Assembly: GCF_036321535.1 (NCBI RefSeq)
Contig: NC_087436.1
Location: 90,956,001-91,020,000, forward strand
Length of the DNA: 64,000 nt
Source of the DNA: Camelus dromedarius
Lineage: Eukaryota
Direction: 5' to 3'
This document shows, piece after piece, positions 13,501 through 25,745 of the stretch; position 1 is the first letter of the stretch, and each line of letters begins with the position of its first letter. The notes under the pieces were generated by a model that was not told the DNA's origin, did not search any database, and saw only the letters and a list, made by a program, of their open reading frames with translations. Position numbers and translations under genes: made by a program.

Positions 13501-16500
13501 GAATAAAAAGAGCAAAATTCTTACGAGGGTATTCGTTTGATGACTGCCTGAAGAACACTTTCAACATTTGTTCCAAGTTTAGCAGAAATCTAAAAATATG
13601 TACATGAAAACAATAAACATTTAAAGTTAAGACTACTTTTTTATCCTGGTAACTGAGATTTACGATCAGAAAAAAAGAAAGAATTCTAAAAGTTATTGAT
13701 TTGCTTGGAGAACACAGTAAAAGGAAGCACAAAGCATATAATAGATTGATAAATGCTCTTCACTAGTTAGATGATTCTCTAGTTCTTGGATTAAATCATA
13801 AGAGCATTCTGATTATGATACTGAAAGAGCAAAGGACCAAGAGTTCACAAAAATCTGGGTTATAATCATAACTCTACATGTAACATATGACTTTGACCAA
13901 TACATAACATAAAGTTTCAAGTTCATCTGATAAATAAAATGATTTTTCACATTTTACCTGAATCTCAAGGTTGTTGCATGGATAAAAATATACATGCATG
14001 GCAAATAGGGCATATTATGACTACTGCTCTCATACAGAAAAAGCAGGCCAAAAGACACACACACATGTGTCTGACCTTTGTCATTACCAGTAATTGGACT
14101 GTCTGAAATCCTGATTTCAAACTCAATTCGCTAAATCGAGTTTTTCTTACCCTCTAAACTCCTTCTAGATCAGCCTCACACCTCAGCACTAAGGATACTT
14201 CGGGTTAGATAATTCTGTTTTGGAAGCTCTTCTGTGCATTACAAGAAGCTTAACAGCATCCATGGAATCTTTACCCACAAGATGGCAGTAGCACCTGTCC
14301 CCCAGTGTAACAACAAAAAAGGTCTCCAGACATTGCCAAGTATTTCCTGGAGGGACACAACTGCCTCCTCATGACAATCACTGCTTTAGACTCTAGTCCA
14401 TTCTTTGTAACAATCCTTTCAGATCACAACCTCTAATCCACTGAATGGACTAGTTTTTTTTTTTTTTTTTTTCATTATCCATTGGCCCCTCTGCTTCCTT
14501 TCCCGGCTGAGACTCCACAGTCCACTAATAATCACTCTGTTCAACCACTTTCTATTCTCCATCTTAAGTAGTTGGTAAAACCTAGACTGTGACTCTATCC
14601 AACTGTGTGTCTTTTCTATGCTTATAATCAGAGCAACTTAACATTACTAGAGAAAAGTAACTGATCTGGTTGGTTTGTGAATTCATGAATTTCAATGTGC
14701 AGTTAACACTTCCTGGCAGTCCCAGGACACGCCCCTTACTAAATTCACATCACCACTTGTTAAGATAACTCACATCACCTTCCTTTTCAATCCACACATT
14801 TTCCACTCCCGTCGATTCACTTTCAGTTGATGACTTTTCCTCTTATTTCATTTAAGGAAACAGAAAATATCAAAAACTCTTTTACCCAAATATACAAATC
14901 CATCTACACCCATATCCACAATCTCTTTACCTTCTCTCCTGTTACAATCTGTATTTCCACTTCTCTGAAATCCTTGCATACTTCTGTTCTGAATCCCACT
15001 CTCTAATCTTTCTCAAGTTCTTACTCGTAATACCCTGCAAACTGACAATAATATAGTCTGACTTTCAGCACCTCTTCTCTAGCTACACCTTCTCCTCAGG
15101 AAGTGGCAACCATTCCCATGGCTTCAATACCACATACATACTAATGATTCCTAAATATCTCTGACCCAGCCCTCTCCCCAAATGTCAGAATTGTAGATTT
15201 ATGCAATATCTCTACTTGGATGTTTAATAGACATTTCAAACCCACTATGTCCAAAACAGAGCTTTTCATTTTCCCACTTAATCTGTTCCTCCCCAAGTCC
15301 TTGCCATATTAATAAATACCAGTATTCAACTAGGTGCTCAAACCCAAAGTCGGTGCTCAAACCTAAAGCCTCCATGATTCTTTACGTTGTTTCCTTACAT
15401 GTAACATATCAGCAAAATCTACTGTATCCACAAAACATACATGAAATTTGCCAACTTCTCCAACATCAGCATCACATACTTAGCCATCACCATTTTGCAC
15501 CTGGGCTATCACTGCAAGCTGGTTTCTCCCCATCTCTTACCCTTTTCTAATCCATTCTCTATAAAACAAACTGAATGATCAGTTTATTTTCCTCTCTTGC
15601 TTTAAAATCCTTTCATTATCTTAAAATAATTTTCAAACTCTTTAGCACATGTCTAGCATGACTTGACTCCTGCCTATCCCTACAAAACCATCTCATCTAA
15701 GTTGATTCCTTTCTCTTCCTTAAACATACCAAACATGACATGTTTCCTCTTCCAGGAATGCATTTCTCCTAACTCTTCATTCCTTTAAGTCTCAGTTCGT
15801 CAGAGAGGAATTCCCTAAATTTCTCTGCATCATAGCACCTTTTTGAGAAAAAAGATTTTTCCCCTATTAAGTACAGTAATTCCACCTGGAACAATACACT
15901 GTTGAATGAATTTCCTTGGCAACACCTGTCTCATTCAATAATTACTATATTTACTTCTTTATTTATTTCTTTAATGAATGCCTCCCCAGTAGAACATAAA
16001 CACAAGACAGTGGTCTTGTCTGTACTGTTCACTGCTGTGCCCCTAGCTAGCACACACCACTCAGTAGACGAATGAATTTGGTAAAGATTCATTAATATCT
16101 GAATAATTAATTATAGTTTAAAATAACGTAATCCAAGTCATACCATAATTCCAGGACTACCTTATAACGAAGTCCCTCCTCATAATAAAAACTCTTAAAT
16201 TCTATATATATATCTCCAAGAAAGAAAAGTTACTGCTTTTCCAGTTATTACAAAGTTGTATATAATCATCTAAATGTTTAAGATTAACCAACCAAAAAAT
16301 ACTTCATCAGCCAAAACAACCTTTTTCAAAAATCAAAAATTGAAGGTGGAAACTAAACACTGTAGTATTACACTGACAAACTTACTACACGAGCATGTAG
16401 CACAAAGCACAGTTGGGTCGTGGCTATTTAATACCCAAAACAACCAACGTTTGAAAGGTAAATTTAAAAATTCAAATATAAAATAGTATCAACTTTGATA

Positions 16501-19500
16501 TAAATAAAATCTATTTCCAAGAATGATATGTATAAATGCCTTGAAATTAGCCTGACCCTGCTCTTTAAAGAGAATATTTCCACAGAGGTAAAATGGCATA
16601 CAAGAAATAATACGGCAAAGAGTTGAAGGAGACCCACATTTTAGTCCTGGCACATTAGCTAACTACATCTACAATCTTAAGAAAATGATAAAATCTTTCA
16701 GCCTTAGTTCTTTCAACTGTATCATAAAAGTAATTCCTAACCATGTAATAACAATTTTTGGCAAAGATCAAATGAAACAGCAGAAGAACTCTGGAAAACT
16801 ATAATGATGGGCTATCAAAAACTATGAAATTTTACCTAGACCAATTATCTGACATTTTTGAAAGTATACCCAAGTCTTCAAAAAAAAAAAAAAAAGGTAT
16901 TTTACCTTAATACATTCATCACTTGAAATATCAAACACCTTTTCAATTTGTTTTTCAACCCTTTCAGGATCAGCATTCTTCAAATCTATCTTGAAAAAAA
17001 AAATTCATTATGTCATAATATATTGAAATTAACTGTATTACATACTAATAATATTTGGAGATAGTCTGAAGTATATCCACTTTTAATCTAACTGACCCCT
17101 CTACAATTTTATTTTCAAAAGTATTAAAATAAGAATAATCTAGAAAAAGGCAATAAAATTTTAACAAGCATGTCCAGTGAAAATAGAGGGCAGACAGCAA
17201 AATAAGAAAAAAATTTAGGCAGTTAGCTACTCAAGGCAGAAGATTTCAATAACATCACCATGCAAACGAATTTTGTAAGTTAGACATCACCAACAACAAA
17301 CTGTCTTATGTATGAGCAACCTTGCTTCTTTTAAACTCCAGTATCAAAAAATAAAACTGAATGCAATGTAGATTTTTAACTAAAATTCTTAATTAATTAA
17401 CTTTAAAATGTAAGAATTAAACTTTATCAACAGTGCTCAGTTTAGCACTTAACCTTTACGTTTCCCGTGTTACACTGTTTCCTCCTAGTTCATAAGCTCT
17501 TCCTCTTTTCCTTTATATAGTTTAGTCTAACAGAATATTTTGGCTGCCCTGCATGTCTCTTTCCCACAGAAACAACCCTCCATCACTCCATGTAACTCAG
17601 GGAGACCATCTTCTCAACTACATGCCAAGGTACAGGAGTTTGACATGCCAATTTTATCTCATGCAATTCAAAGAAATAAATCCCACCAATTTACAGTTAA
17701 CTCTTGAATAACAGGGTTTCAACTGTGCAGGTCCACTTGTACATGGATTTTTTCCAAAAATATACAAAAATAAACCTGTACATCATGTGCAAGATTTTTA
17801 TTGTGGGGGAATAACCTATTCCTACACAGGCATAAGATGAGTGATATTTAATATAAAATTAATAATGTTAGTTTTCTTACTGTTTTATAACTTTGCTTTC
17901 AAAAAATTGTATTACCATACAGTATGCCTCTCTCTCATAATTGGAGAAACTGTGTATCAGCCTATCATCACGGGTAAGTGGTTTTTTAAAAAACATAACA
18001 ATGTTTCTAAAACTGTAATATATGACTGTGATACTATATGCCATAAAAATTGGTAACAATTCATTCATTACTGAATAGGCTAGGCTACTGGGAAACAATC
18101 ATCGATTACACTAGACAAGCATAAAGCAATTATATTGCTGCTTTTTCATTATCAATCCATGAATCACTATACCTGCAAATAAACATGATTTCTTTTTCAC
18201 ATTTTTAATTTTTGATGTCTAATGTCAATAATACATTATAATATCTACAGTGTTTTGTATCACACAAGACAATACTGATGTAGGTACTCAGAAATAATAA
18301 ATCAATTGATGATGTAAACAGTATCAAATACAATACTGTAAACTTATTTTCTCTTTACGATTTTCTTTACTTTTTCTCTCTAGCTTACTTTATTGTAAGA
18401 GTACAGTACATAATACACGTAACACATACAAAGTATGTGTTAAAAGACTTTATATTATTGGTAAGGCTTCAGTTAACAGTACGTTATTGGTAGTAAAGTT
18501 TGTGGGGAGTCAAAAGTTATATGTTGATTTTCAACTGCACAGGGGGTTGGTGCCTTTAACCCCTCATGATGTTTAAGTGTCAACTCCTTTTAATGAATAG
18601 TTGAAAATTCAAATTCGACTAAACACTAAATTTACTTTTAGAAAGTAAAATAATAAATAGCACTCTTGTCTCATTGTAATTACCTTGTTTATAACTGGAA
18701 TTACCGACAGCTGTGCTTCAAAGGCCAGAAAGAAGTTTGCTACAGTTTGGGCTTGAATACCCTAAAAATAATCAAGACCAAGATACCAAGATGATCACCT
18801 TTCCATCTATTACAAAAGTTGTAATTCAAGACCATTCCACACATCTTCATCAAGAGCAAAGGTATAAGGCAAACTATATCTATACCACCATGCAACTGCA
18901 TCATTCCCTGTGAAAATTCCTTTCAGTTCAGGAAACATTCTTTGGAGGGCACTGTGTTACGCACTGGTAAAAGAGTGGAGAAACATGTACCCTCAAGGTC
19001 CTCAAAGCCTATTAAGGGAGAAACTGACAGGATCAGGGAAAGTTTAACACAGAAAAAAAAACTTTGGGTTTTGAATGAAGAGTTTGTGAGAAACCGAAAC
19101 ACACCAAAAGTTCACTTTAAATAGTGTATGATAGCTCTTATATTCTCATATGAGTATGTTTCTATGGTTATGTTTATATTATAAAAGAACTTAGTAGTGT
19201 TATTGACATGTTTCTTTAAACCTAACTTCCCAAATTATTACCTTAAAAACACCCAGAATGACCTCAAAAATAAAGATTTATTTTCAAGTTCTGGTAAAAA
19301 CTGAAACCTCAGATTAAGATCTGCTTAAAATTGAGTTTTTTGGTAGGAGGTATGTATAATACGACATACTTCAAAAACCTATCGAACAATTCCTCAGATC
19401 AACTTAAAAATCCTTAAAGGATGAACCAGTCAATTTCATAGATCACTTTAGTGTAATAAAACTTCAAATTAACAGGACTAAAGTACATGATTTTGGTTGT

Positions 19501-22315
19501 GTTATAAAATAAATCTTATCTTCTTCAAACATAAAAATTCTATTTCCAAAATTCTATTTTAAGGAAAACCTTGAAACAACCAAATAGCATGACACATCAT
19601 ATAAAAGTACCTACCTCATTTGCATCAACCACAAGTAAAACACCCTGGCAAGCAGAGAGTGACCTGGATACTTCATAACTAAAATCAACATGGCCCTGAG
19701 AAACAAAAAATATTGATACCGCTAAATGTTAGAGTTTAAACGTTTTTTACGGACGGACATTATGGCAAACCTATGGACTCCACTTGATAAAAATTTAATA
19801 AGTTTTTCTTTTAGCCTGTGCTTGTGAAACAATTTACACTAATATAAGAAGACTGAGAAGACACAAAGTAAATTTAGGTGTTTAATGTTCAGTTCAAAAA
19901 CTCAGCAAAGGATTTGTTTGCACTATTAATACCAGGCTGACTTTAACAAGAGACAAAAATAGTATTAAACTTACCGGTGTATCGATGAGATTTAAAAGGT
20001 ACTGCTTTCCTTCCCAATTATAGAAGAGAGATGCTGTCTGTGCTTTAACAGTGATTCCTCTTTCCCGTTCCACTTGCAATTTATCAAGAACTTGTTTATT
20101 ATTTTTTGTTTTATCAATTGTCCCTATAATAGAAATGTTTATAGATATTTCTTTGAGCTTTTAAAAAGACAATACTGTATATAAAATTAAAAGCAAGATT
20201 TTTTTTAAAAAGGTAAAAAATAATTATCACCCAATGCCATTAAGTATACAATATAAAATGAAAATACCTGTTAGTTCCAGAAGTCTGTCAGCTAAAGTAC
20301 TTTTGCCATGGTCCACATGTGCAATGATACTGAAATTTCTAATATTTTCAACAGGGAATCTAGACATATCAATTTTTTCCTAGAAAGGAGAGAGAAATAC
20401 TACATTAGACAATATGAAACAAGTATACTAAATCAAAGGATTTTTTTCAGTGTTCTTTGAACAATTTCATTTATAGCATTTATATTATTTATATTATTCC
20501 TCTGACAATAAAGAAATATATGGCTAAACTCATATTTCAAGCAACTGGATTACAGCAGGACATCAACTAATTCACTGTCAACGGTGACCATACAGCTAAA
20601 TAAAAGTCCCTTATAATATTTCTACCACTTAGAAAGCCAATGAAGAACTGAATGTATTTTCATGAATGAAGAATACAGGAAACCTGGAACTGCTGAATAG
20701 CATTAGAGCTCCTGGTTGAACAAAACCTCTTGCAACAAAAAGCTACAGAAAAGCTGGAAGAGAAGAAGAAAGTTTTTTGCCCCATCACACATTTAATCAC
20801 CAGAGTCAGGTCTACTTAAAAATCTGGACTCCTAACAGAGCCTTCAAAAGTTTAGTTTAGGAGACACTGCTTTGGGAAAGATCCCCAGTGTTCTCCTCAC
20901 TTGGTGCAAGTAATAATAAATACTTCTTTCTCCTGGAGGGTGGGGGGTAATTTAGATACAATTTTGTTACTTCACAACTTCTCTGGAGAGAGGGAAAAAT
21001 AAATAAATAAATAACATCAGAAAAAAAACAGGTTCTTATTTCTCAACTAAATTTTCAAAATATTTTAAAATGTTAACTCCTGATTTTTAGCTACACACAC
21101 CTCAATGTTTTAACAAGACTCACTGCAAGCTGCTAAAAATTAGTATTTAAGTAAAATGTCAGTTTTTTGTACTCTAAACATTACACTTTTCCAAAGCTAA
21201 ATTTGTATTTCACAATCGGCAAAAAAAAAAAGTGAAGTAACAATAAACAATTCTCCTGAGCTTAAGTTTCCTTTTTAAATAAATATTCCAATACAAGACA
21301 GACAATAAAAGTGTTAACTACATCTGAAAGAAATTCTTCAAAAAAACGAAACCTAATTTGTTTGCCCTGTCGATTCCCCCCGCCCAATGCAAGATACAAT
21401 ACTGCACCATTTTTAAGAACTCTGAATTCCAACATAAATCCATTTTACATTCCACAGATATTTTAGAAAAGGGTCAAACTGATAACACATAAAGCATTTT
21501 ATTTTTCCAGTTATTCATAATTTGCCTTCAACTAGTTCACTGCCTAAACTGCATCTCTTCATAGTCATCTGACGGTATAGTGTTTGGTGTTGCTGAACCC
21601 CACTTTCTTCAACCATAAGAATGGAATCACAAATGCAGTTTTGCTCTGGCTGAGGTAAAATCAAATAATAAAACAAAGAGAAGCTAAGTCACAGACACTT
21701 CTTACAGTCTAGATACTGGACTCTGTGCCTTAACATCGTGCAGTTCTCACAAATAACAATTCGGTGTTTTATTAGCAACAGTCACAGAAAGGTCAAGTAA
21801 CTTTACCAGGTTACACGGCAAAAAAAATTGCAGGAAAATGGAGATTATACTAGCAGCTTCCTCAACAGGCTTTTAAAATTAAATACACACTTAGACCAGT
21901 GCCTGGCATAAACAATCAAGGAGTTACTTATATTACAAATTAGGAAGGTGAGGACGTGACTCGCCCAAGGTCGCACCGGTGAGCAGTGAACTCAGAAACC
22001 CGCGCGCTGCCCGCGCTGCGAGACCTCCCGTCTTACAGAGGCGCACCTGCGTTCACAGTAGTGCCAGGGAGCCCTTCACTTTTTCAAAGTCGCCAGGAGC
22101 ACCCTACCAACTTTTAACACGCGGCTACAGAGAAACTACGGAGCGCTCACCTTGCGGCCGGCAGAGCTGTAGCGCCGGCCCGGATCCCTGCACCCGGTCG
22201 CAGTCGGGCAGGCCAGCGTGGGGCGAGGCCCGAGCAGCCCCCGCCGCGCCGCCCGGGTGGCCGGCGTCGCGAGCGCGCGGCCGCGCCTCCAGCCCAGACC
22301 CGCCAGACTCCACAT
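1374..22315 (-). CDS. GUF1: GUF1 / mitochondrial translation factor EF4 (LepA homolog), complete 17-exon CDS, 669 aa
   Basis: Manually spliced exons: 22151-22315, 20268-20379, 19975-20123, 19615-19695, 18684-18761, 16906-16989, 13525-13589, 12798-13001, 11155-11294, 9906-10029, 9408-9540, 8591-8734, 7490-7623, 5055-5156, 4100-4219, 2475-2511, 1374-1511. All introns are GT-AG, phases are consistent and the total is 2010 nt. Motifs: AHVDHGKS (G1), [32 protein letters not shown]. Confidence 0.97.
2191..2342 (+). mobile_element. tRNA-derived SINE of camelid type (Vic-1-like) with TSD
   Basis: A-box AGCTCAGTGG, B-box GGTTCAATCC, A-rich tail; TSD AAAAAGAAAA(C/T)GTG at 2177-2190 and 2343-2356. Confidence 0.85.
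2475..2511 (-). CDS. GUF1: GUF1 exon 16 ([12 protein letters not shown])
   Basis: 37 nt, CAG| acceptor, TGC|GTACGT donor. Confidence 0.93.
4100..4219 (-). CDS. GUF1: GUF1 exon 15 ([39 protein letters not shown])
   Basis: 120 nt, |GTGAGT donor; LepA C-terminal domain. Confidence 0.96.
5055..5156 (-). CDS. GUF1: GUF1 exon 14 ([22 protein letters not shown]...VVH)
   Basis: 102 nt; overlaps ORF-track 5051..5272. Confidence 0.96.
5530..5785 (+). mobile_element. MIR
   Basis: TCACAGGGCTTTTTGAGAATGAAATGAG...GAACAGTGCCTAGTACATA. Confidence 0.55.
7490..7623 (-). CDS. GUF1: GUF1 exon 13 (ARRAVQKNM...[22 protein letters not shown])
   Basis: 134 nt, GT-AG flanks. Confidence 0.95.
8591..8734 (-). CDS. 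GUF1: GUF1 exon 12 ([18 protein letters not shown]...MMLCQ)
   Basis: 144 nt, GT-AG flanks. Confidence 0.95.
9408..9540 (-). CDS. GUF1: GUF1 exon 11 ([20 protein letters not shown]...LIK)
   Basis: 133 nt, LepA-typical GFLGLLHME. Confidence 0.96.
9906..10029 (-). CDS. GUF1: GUF1 exon 10 ([26 protein letters not shown]...LGAGW)
   Basis: 124 nt, |GTAAG donor. Confidence 0.95.
11155..11294 (-). CDS. GUF1: GUF1 exon 9 ([24 protein letters not shown]...KPMVFA)
   Basis: 140 nt, |GTGAGG donor. Confidence 0.95.
12798..13001 (-). CDS. GUF1: GUF1 exon 8 ([24 protein letters not shown]...QPTHK)
   Basis: 204 nt; overlaps ORF-track 12794..13036; domain II. Confidence 0.96.
13525..13589 (-). CDS. GUF1: GUF1 exon 7 ([21 protein letters not shown])
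   Basis: 65 nt, SAK G5 motif, |GTAAGA donor. Confidence 0.95.
14172..14384 (-). mobile_element. MER20 (hAT-Charlie)
   Basis: GTCTCCAGACATTGCCAA, GGCAGTAGCACC, AACAGCATCC match the reverse complement of MER20 as recalled. Confidence 0.8.
14400..16080 (+). mobile_element. L2 LINE relic
   Basis: CCCATGGCTTCAATACCA...CTTGGATGTTTAATAGACATTTCAAAC...TGTCCAAAAC; 3' GAATGAAT terminus. Confidence 0.75.
16906..16989 (-). CDS. GUF1: GUF1 exon 6 ([28 protein letters not shown])
   Basis: 84 nt, completes the NKID G4 motif. Confidence 0.95.
17694..18586. mobile_element. Tigger2-family (TcMar-Tigger) non-autonomous element
   Basis: Left end TA-CAGTTAACTCTTGAATAACAGGGTTTCAACTG; right end ...TGTTTAAGTGTCAACT (degenerate TIRs). 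Confidence 0.8.
18684..18761 (-). CDS. GUF1: GUF1 exon 5 ([26 protein letters not shown])
   Basis: 78 nt, GT-AG flanks. Confidence 0.96.
19615..19695 (-). CDS. GUF1: GUF1 exon 4 ([27 protein letters not shown])
   Basis: 81 nt, CAG| acceptor, |GTAGGT donor. Confidence 0.96.
19975..20123 (-). CDS. GUF1: GUF1 exon 3 (..[28 protein letters not shown]...LIDTP)
   Basis: RGIT switch I and DTP; 149 nt; |GTAAGT donor. Confidence 0.96.
20268..20379 (-). CDS. GUF1: GUF1 exon 2 ([37 protein letters not shown])
   Basis: G1/P-loop motif; TAG| acceptor, |GTAT donor; 112 nt. Confidence 0.96.
20790..20936 (+). mobile_element. ERV LTR 3' fragment
   Basis: ACTGCTTTGGGAAAGATCCCCAGTGTTCTCCTCACTTG followed by AATAAA. 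Confidence 0.5.
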
Positions 22316-22620
22316 CCCCCGGGGCGACAGAGGCGTCAGGAGAAGGTCCCGCGACGCGAGGGCGCCATCACCCGCAGTCCGGTTTTCTCTGAGACGCCCC
22401 CTTTAGAGGCCGGCAGACAGGATTCAAACCGGCTTTCGGAAGCGGAGACGAAAACGTGAGGTTGAAGGTAACACCCAACTAGCGGCCCCGGCGGGACACC
22501 CGAGACGCAGAGCGGCTCGTCGACGTCCGCACGACGCACGACGTCGTGACGTCAGCGCGCTTCCGCAAGCAGCTATAAGGAAGTCCCGCGAGGGGAAGTT
22601 CTCGGGCGCACAGTTAGTCG
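21960..22620. promoter_or_regulatory. CpG island / GUF1 promoter
   Basis: Abrupt GC- and CpG-rich block in an AT-rich background, covering GUF1 exon 1; full CRE TGACGTCA at 22547-22554 and ETS-like GGAAG cores nearby. Confidence 0.88.
22151..22315 (-). CDS. GUF1: GUF1 coding exon 1 ([16 protein letters not shown]...RRYSSAGRK), putative mitochondrial presequence
   Basis: ATG at 22315-22313, 55 open codons, donor AAG|GTGAGC; lies in the CpG island. Confidence 0.9.
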
Positions 22621-23167
22621 TGCTTTTAGGAGAACCGAGGGGTTTAGCCTCCTACTAGATAGCAAAATACTTGGGTAACTGTCTTAAAATCTAGAAGTCA
22701 AGATGTATTCTCCACGTCTGTGATATCACTAATACTGAAGTGCATCTGAGTGGAAACCGGCTGCAAAATGTATTGCAATAATGTATCCTAAGAAAGTTTC
22801 AGCCAGAGCTGAAGATTGAGAAAGGTTATATCCCGAACACCCTAAAGTCTCCATCATCTTCAGGTTTACCTATTTACCTTGCAGAGGGAAGAGCTCTGGC
22901 TAAGTGAGGTGGAGGATAACAGTAAGGGATAGAGACCTGTCTACCATGTCCGGTGTCTCCCCCGTGAGCTTTTCTGCAGTATCCAGGGTTTGGTGCAGAG
23001 GAAAAGAGCAGCAGCTGTGCTGAGTTCACCATTGTATTGTTCCTAGTTCGTTCTTGAGACTACTATAAATTAAACACTAATTGCTACTGTCACCTTTGTT
23101 AGAGAATGAACTTAGTAGCTACCCTGAAATGCATTCAGTACAATCGTTCCTAATAGTTCGTATAAGT

Positions 23168-23633
23168 CAATGTTGCCCAAACGTTAATAATCTGTATATT
23201 ATTCTCTGTGATTTTCACCATATACTCATACCGCTTTTATATACGTAATATTTTTCTTTAAATCAACTACCTTTTATACTTGGATGAGTTTATTTTAAAA
23301 GAAAAATTTGTATCATTTCTGTAAATGGAAAAATGTCATAAATTTTTTAACAAGTAAAAATAAGTGTAATTAATTTAAAAAAAAATGATTCAGTTCTAAC
23401 GAAATATTACCTGATAAAGGCTCTGAATCTCTCTTGATTAAAAATGGATATTAGCAAGCATTAAAGAAATTTAAAACATAGCACCATTTTTTTCTTCTTG
23501 ACCTAATCAGCAGTATTGAAGTAAAATTGAAAGAAGGATTTTCTCTATAGGATTCAGTGTCCTTAATGCCATGTCTATAACTCACCTAAAATTATCTCGA
23601 TAACTCCGTTAGTCCCACACTTTGGGAACACTG
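23168..23633. mobile_element. hAT-Charlie-type DNA transposon relic
   Basis: Degenerate TIRs CAATGTTGCCCAAA ... TTTGGGAACACTG. Confidence 0.55.
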
Positions 23634-24496
23634 CAGTATCGTATGTGGTTGACATACTCCCAGACCCACAAATGAAATACGTATTTATTAGAAAAATACT
23701 TACTGAGAATCTCTGTGTCATATAATGTGGAAACTCAGACAAATCGAGCAACTTATCTGAAATCTTCCAATAAGTAAATTGAAAAAAATGCATATTTGAA
23801 TCCAGATTATTAGAAACCAAATCTCATACCCCTGCAATACCTTTGACAACACAAGATAATTTAGTCTTCAGCCTGGAAAGAAAGGGTAAATGGAGTCATT
23901 AAAATTTCAAAGTTGAGGTATCATTTTTTTTCTGGGTCTTGAAGGATAAAAAGGTTTTCTGAAAGAGAGAAATGTAGGCTAATCAAGCAGTGGGCTCATT
24001 GACAGCAAAATTGCATCTACTAAGTTCCCATTACTATTCTACACACTTTGCATATATCAACTAATTTTTTTTTCCTTATAGAGTGCTCTAATGCAGGTAC
24101 TCTTATGACTGTTCCTATTTTAAAGATATCTGAGAAAGATGTGGCCCAGGCTTTTTAAGTCACTGCTCAGAGGCATACAGTTAGTGATGAAGTGGGCTGT
24201 GAGCTCAAGTGGTCTGGCTTTGGAGTCTGCACCCTTAACCACTCCTTGAAACTCTGCTGAGCAAGGGTAAATGAGTTAAATATTGAATTAATGTTCAGTA
24301 GAGGGAAATGGCCAAGATTTAAAATAATGGCATTTTACTTGAGGCAAGGGTTTCTGAAGAGCACAGATAATTAAAAACTCACATAAATCAAGGCTCATTT
24401 CTCCATAGAAATGAATGTATAATAAGGAGGTTACATTCTTAAACAGTACATTAATCCACAACTAATATATGTGTGGTTTTAAACATATTTGAAATG

Positions 24497-24871
24497 TCTA
24501 TTGATTTGTTTGGGCTGCAGTAACAAAGTACAGTAGACTGGGTGTCGAAAACAAAGAAGTTTATTTGTTTGGAGACTAGAAGTCCAAGATCAAGGTGTCA
24601 TCAGGGTTGGTTTCTTCCGAGGCATTTCTCCTTGGCTTATAGATCTTCTCTCTGTATCTCCATGTGGCCTTCTCTCAATACCTATCTGTGTCCTAATCTC
24701 CTTTTCTGATACAGACACAAGTCATATTAGATTTGGGCCCACTCTAATGACCTCTTTTTAAGTTAATTACTTCTTTAAAGACTTTGTCTTTAAGTACAGT
24801 CACATTCTGAGGTGTTCTTGAGGTTTAAAACTTCAACATATGAACTTGAAATATCAATTCAAACCACAACA
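24497..24871 (-). mobile_element. MLT1-family MaLR solo LTR
   Basis: AGAAGTCCAAGATCAAGGTGTCA, GTCATATTAGATTTGGGCCCACTCTAATGACCTC, TACAGTCACATTCTGAGGT. Confidence 0.85.
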
Positions 24872-25242
24872 AAGGGAATAGTAAATTAAAAATAATGTAT
24901 ACATGTATAATCAATCATTTTATCGCCTCTAAATTCTGTTTCAAGGTTACTGATATTTTGGAGCATTTTTAACACTAGCAATACCCTTGATAAATGTTTA
25001 GTAGCAGCACAATAGTTATCACTCAAATTTAGACCACACACTCGGATTGAGAGCAATGTTAATGCCATGTTCACAAAGGCTCTCCCGTCCTGCTGCTAAG
25101 CAACTAAAATGGTGCCACCACGTGTCTATAGTGAAAAATACAGCTTGGAATTCATGGTTTATGTTAGTTTTTTAATCTGTGTTTTTTTTTCTTTTAGAGT
25201 TTCATATTTTTTGACATTTTGGACATAAATCAGGGCTTTATA

Positions 25243-25453
25243 ATTTTTTTTTTACTTTTTTTGAATTGTAGTATAGTCAGTTTACAAGGTTGTGTCATTT
25301 TCTGGTGTACAGCACAATGCTTCAGTCATATATGAATATACATATATTTGTTTTCATATTCTTTTTCACCATAAGCTACTAAAAGGTATCGGATATAGTT
25401 CCCTGTGTTATACAGTATAAACTTGTTTATCTATTTTATACAGTCAGTATCTG
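25243..25453 (-). mobile_element. L1 3' end fragment
   Basis: T-tail plus TTCTGGTGTACAGCACAATG...GTTCCCTGTGTTATACAGTA, similar to the other L1 3' ends here. Confidence 0.8.
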
Positions 25454-25479
25454 CTGCTTGTTTTTTTCTCCTCTCACAC

Positions 25480-25745
25480 TTTAAATTCCTGCTCTAATAT
25501 TTTAAATTCACTAATAAAGAGTGAGCCCACTAATCCCCACGCCCTACCTTCAATCCCAATCAAGGCAGAACCCCAGGCCCACATTCTCTTTCTCTCCTTC
25601 TCTACCTACAACCTTGCTGTGTGGCCCCAGTTGTGCTATGTAATTTCCGGAACTTGTAAGTAGTAAACATTCTTTCTTTCAAAGTTTCCTGATGGTTATT
25701 GCTGAGGGCGTCTTGCAACATAAGAATCACAAGGTCAGGTCCAGC
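25480..25745 (+). mobile_element. Probable ERV LTR fragment
   Basis: LTR-like layout (pyrimidine-rich R region, AGTAAAC poly(A)-like signal); family not identified. Confidence 0.4.

Noticed and set aside
21979..22539. Several overlapping ORFs in the CpG island
   Set aside because: Stop-codon scarcity in GC-rich DNA; the real frame starts at ATG 22315.
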